DNA from: an uncultured Methanomicrobiaceae archaeon
GTDB taxonomy: Archaea; Halobacteriota; Methanomicrobia; Methanomicrobiales; Methanoculleaceae
Direction of reading: 5' to 3'
Assembly (NCBI GenBank): GCA_963826525.1
Contig: CAWGXH010000005.1
Location: forward strand, 64,001-128,000
DNA: 64,000 nucleotides
Below the pieces are notes generated by a model. It was not told where the DNA came from. It worked only from the letters and a program-made list of their open reading frames with translations, and did not search any database. A program made the position numbers and the translations under genes. Of the stretch, positions 62,549 through 64,000 are shown in pieces (the first letter of the stretch is position 1; each line of letters begins with the position of its first letter).

Positions 62549-63697
62549 TCACCGGTTCCGGCGGGCGTCCGGACGCAGTTCTTCCTCCGCTTCACCAATC
62601 TCCCGTCCGGGATCAAGGAGGACGGTATGCGGAATACCGATGAGGGAGACCGCGGCAAGCGCTCCGATGACGCCCCGTCCTCCGATGAGGCGTATGCCGT
62701 GCGTCGCCGCGGTCGATTCGGCGTCGTTTCTGTCGATTACGGTTCTTCGAACACGCTTCCCGTACTCCCGCATGCCTTTCGGGACGATAAACCCCTCTTT
62801 GACGGCGATTCCCCAGTCCGGGGATAATGCCTCGTCGGCGACAAACCTGGCAGCCGTCTCGCCGATATGCCCGAGCAGGGCGGGCTCGACCGCGAGTTCG
62901 ATGCAGCTGCACGAGTTTCCCGCCGTTCTCGGCTCGAGGTTCGGGTTGAGCATCGCCACGCGGTGTCCGATGGGAAGGATGCCGTCGATCCTGCTCATGT
63001 GCTGGAGCAGTGCGAGTGCCAGTGCAAAGGTGGCCCCTCCCTCATGGGTGTCGGTATCGTCGATGCCGATGGCCACGTAGGTGAGTGCCCGGGTGATGAC
63101 GTCCCCCTCGACGAGAGGCCCGTTCCGATGGACGCGCACCTCGCAGACGCCGTCTGCAAGCGACATCATGTCGGTCAGGGAGTAGGCAGGCCCGCCGGTG
63201 CACTTGATGTGCTGGATGATGTACTCCCCGTCCCGTTGAATGCCGGCGATGCCGACCGCAGCGCTCGGGTCGAGCCCGATGACGATCTCCTGGTGGCCGA
63301 GCCGTGCACGCTCGCGCAGAAGCGTTCCGTCCCGCTGAATCCGGGTGAGGGCGCCTCCTGCACGGGTGTGGTGAAAAGCGCAGAAGGCGGCGCAGCCGCC
63401 GCTCATGCACTCGTGGTAGATCTCGACGCAGTCGCCGTCGATGGTGGTGAAGATACGGCGGCAGGCGGTCGTCGGCACGACGCTGGTCGCCCTGTACTGC
63501 GCCGGATGCCGTCCCCGTTTCTCCTCGCGAAGGATCACGCATCCCTCCTCCACGAGGCGGTTGATCCAGTCCTGGACGGTGCTCCGCGGAACGCCCGTCA
63601 GATCCGCGATATCCGTTCCCGTAAAGTAGCCGTTCTCGAGCGTCAGCTGACGCATGTGCCGCAGGAACTGTTTCCTTCGTTCAAGTACCCTTGACAT
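62549..63697 (-). CDS. HTH regulator fused to a methanogenesis-marker-11/DUF1743-like domain
   Basis: N-terminal HTH (DIA..TGVPRSTVQDWINRL); GIDDTDT..GGATF, GN.C, GVIGALAAV. Confidence 0.7.
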   Translation of the reverse strand: MSRVLERRKQFLRHMRQLTLENGYFTGTDIADLTGVPRSTVQDWINRLVEEGCVILREEKRGRHPAQYRATSVVPTTACRRIFTTIDGDCVEIYHECMSGGCAAFCAFHHTRAGGALTRIQRDGTLLRERARLGHQEIVIGLDPSAAVGIAGIQRDGEYIIQHIKCTGGPAYSLTDMMSLADGVCEVRVHRNGPLVEGDVITRALTYVAIGIDDTDTHEGGATFALALALLQHMSRIDGILPIGHRVAMLNPNLEPRTAGNSCSCIELAVEPALLGHIGETAARFVADEALSPDWGIAVKEGFIVPKGMREYGKRVRRTVIDRNDAESTAATHGIRLIGGRGVIGALAAVSLIGIPHTVLLDPGREIGEAEEELRPDARRNR

Positions 63698-64000
63698 ACC
63701 TGTCGCGGATGAAGATGAGGTCCCCGATGACGGCGCTTGCAGTCTCGATCGAGCCTGCACCCTTGCCGATGAGCGTGATCTCGCCTGCCATATCCGTCTC
63801 CACGGTCACTGCGTTGAGCGTGCCCTCGACCACGAGGGGGTGGGACTTCTGGAGGATCCGCGGGGATACTCTGAGTATGTTCTCTGCCGGTGCGATCTCA
63901 CCGATCAGCCTGATTGTGCACTCCTGCTCCTCTGCAAGTTTGAGTGCTTCGGGAGTGAGGAGGTCGATCCCGGTGATATCCACGTCCCGGAGCGTGCTGC
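63681..64000 (-). CDS. hom: Homoserine dehydrogenase, C-terminal part
   Basis: HPL.V.GTLNAV...G.GAG..ETASAV..DL. Confidence 0.88.
   Translation of the reverse strand, partial: STLRDVDITGIDLLTPEALKLAEEQECTIRLIGEIAPAENILRVSPRILQKSHPLVVEGTLNAVTVETDMAGEITLIGKGAGSIETASAVIGDLIFIRDRYVKGT

Overview
GC-rich chromosomal segment of a hydrogenotrophic methanogenic archaeon. Gene content and the eha-fwd linkage point to Methanomicrobiales (Methanoculleus/Methanofollis-like; inferred). Main contents in order: (i) a ~10 kb tandem array of five secreted fasciclin (FAS1) genes whose spacers are tandem repeats saturated with N-X-T glycosylation sequons, interrupted by a tnpB-only IS200/IS605 element; (ii) housekeeping genes (aldehyde dehydrogenase, aCPSF1/FttA, psmB, CBS, USP, Sec61-beta, cofE, TreT-like GT4, FmdE-family plus metal ABC transporter); (iii) a contiguous ehaB-O / EhaP-FwdG-like / fwdDBAC energy operon; (iv) tRNA-Leu(TAG) followed by accessory DNA, including a 48-nt single-hairpin IS608-like element; (v) a DUF5320-NifB/NifX-ATPase-DUF134 operon, aIF-1A with an apparent CTG start, MscS, an ATP-cone nuclease, a DEAD-box helicase and the end of homoserine dehydrogenase. 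About 20 genes, including essential ones such as fwdA, carry single-base frameshifts. These are most likely unpolished long-read indels rather than true pseudogenes. All family calls come from motif recognition by eye; no database search was run.
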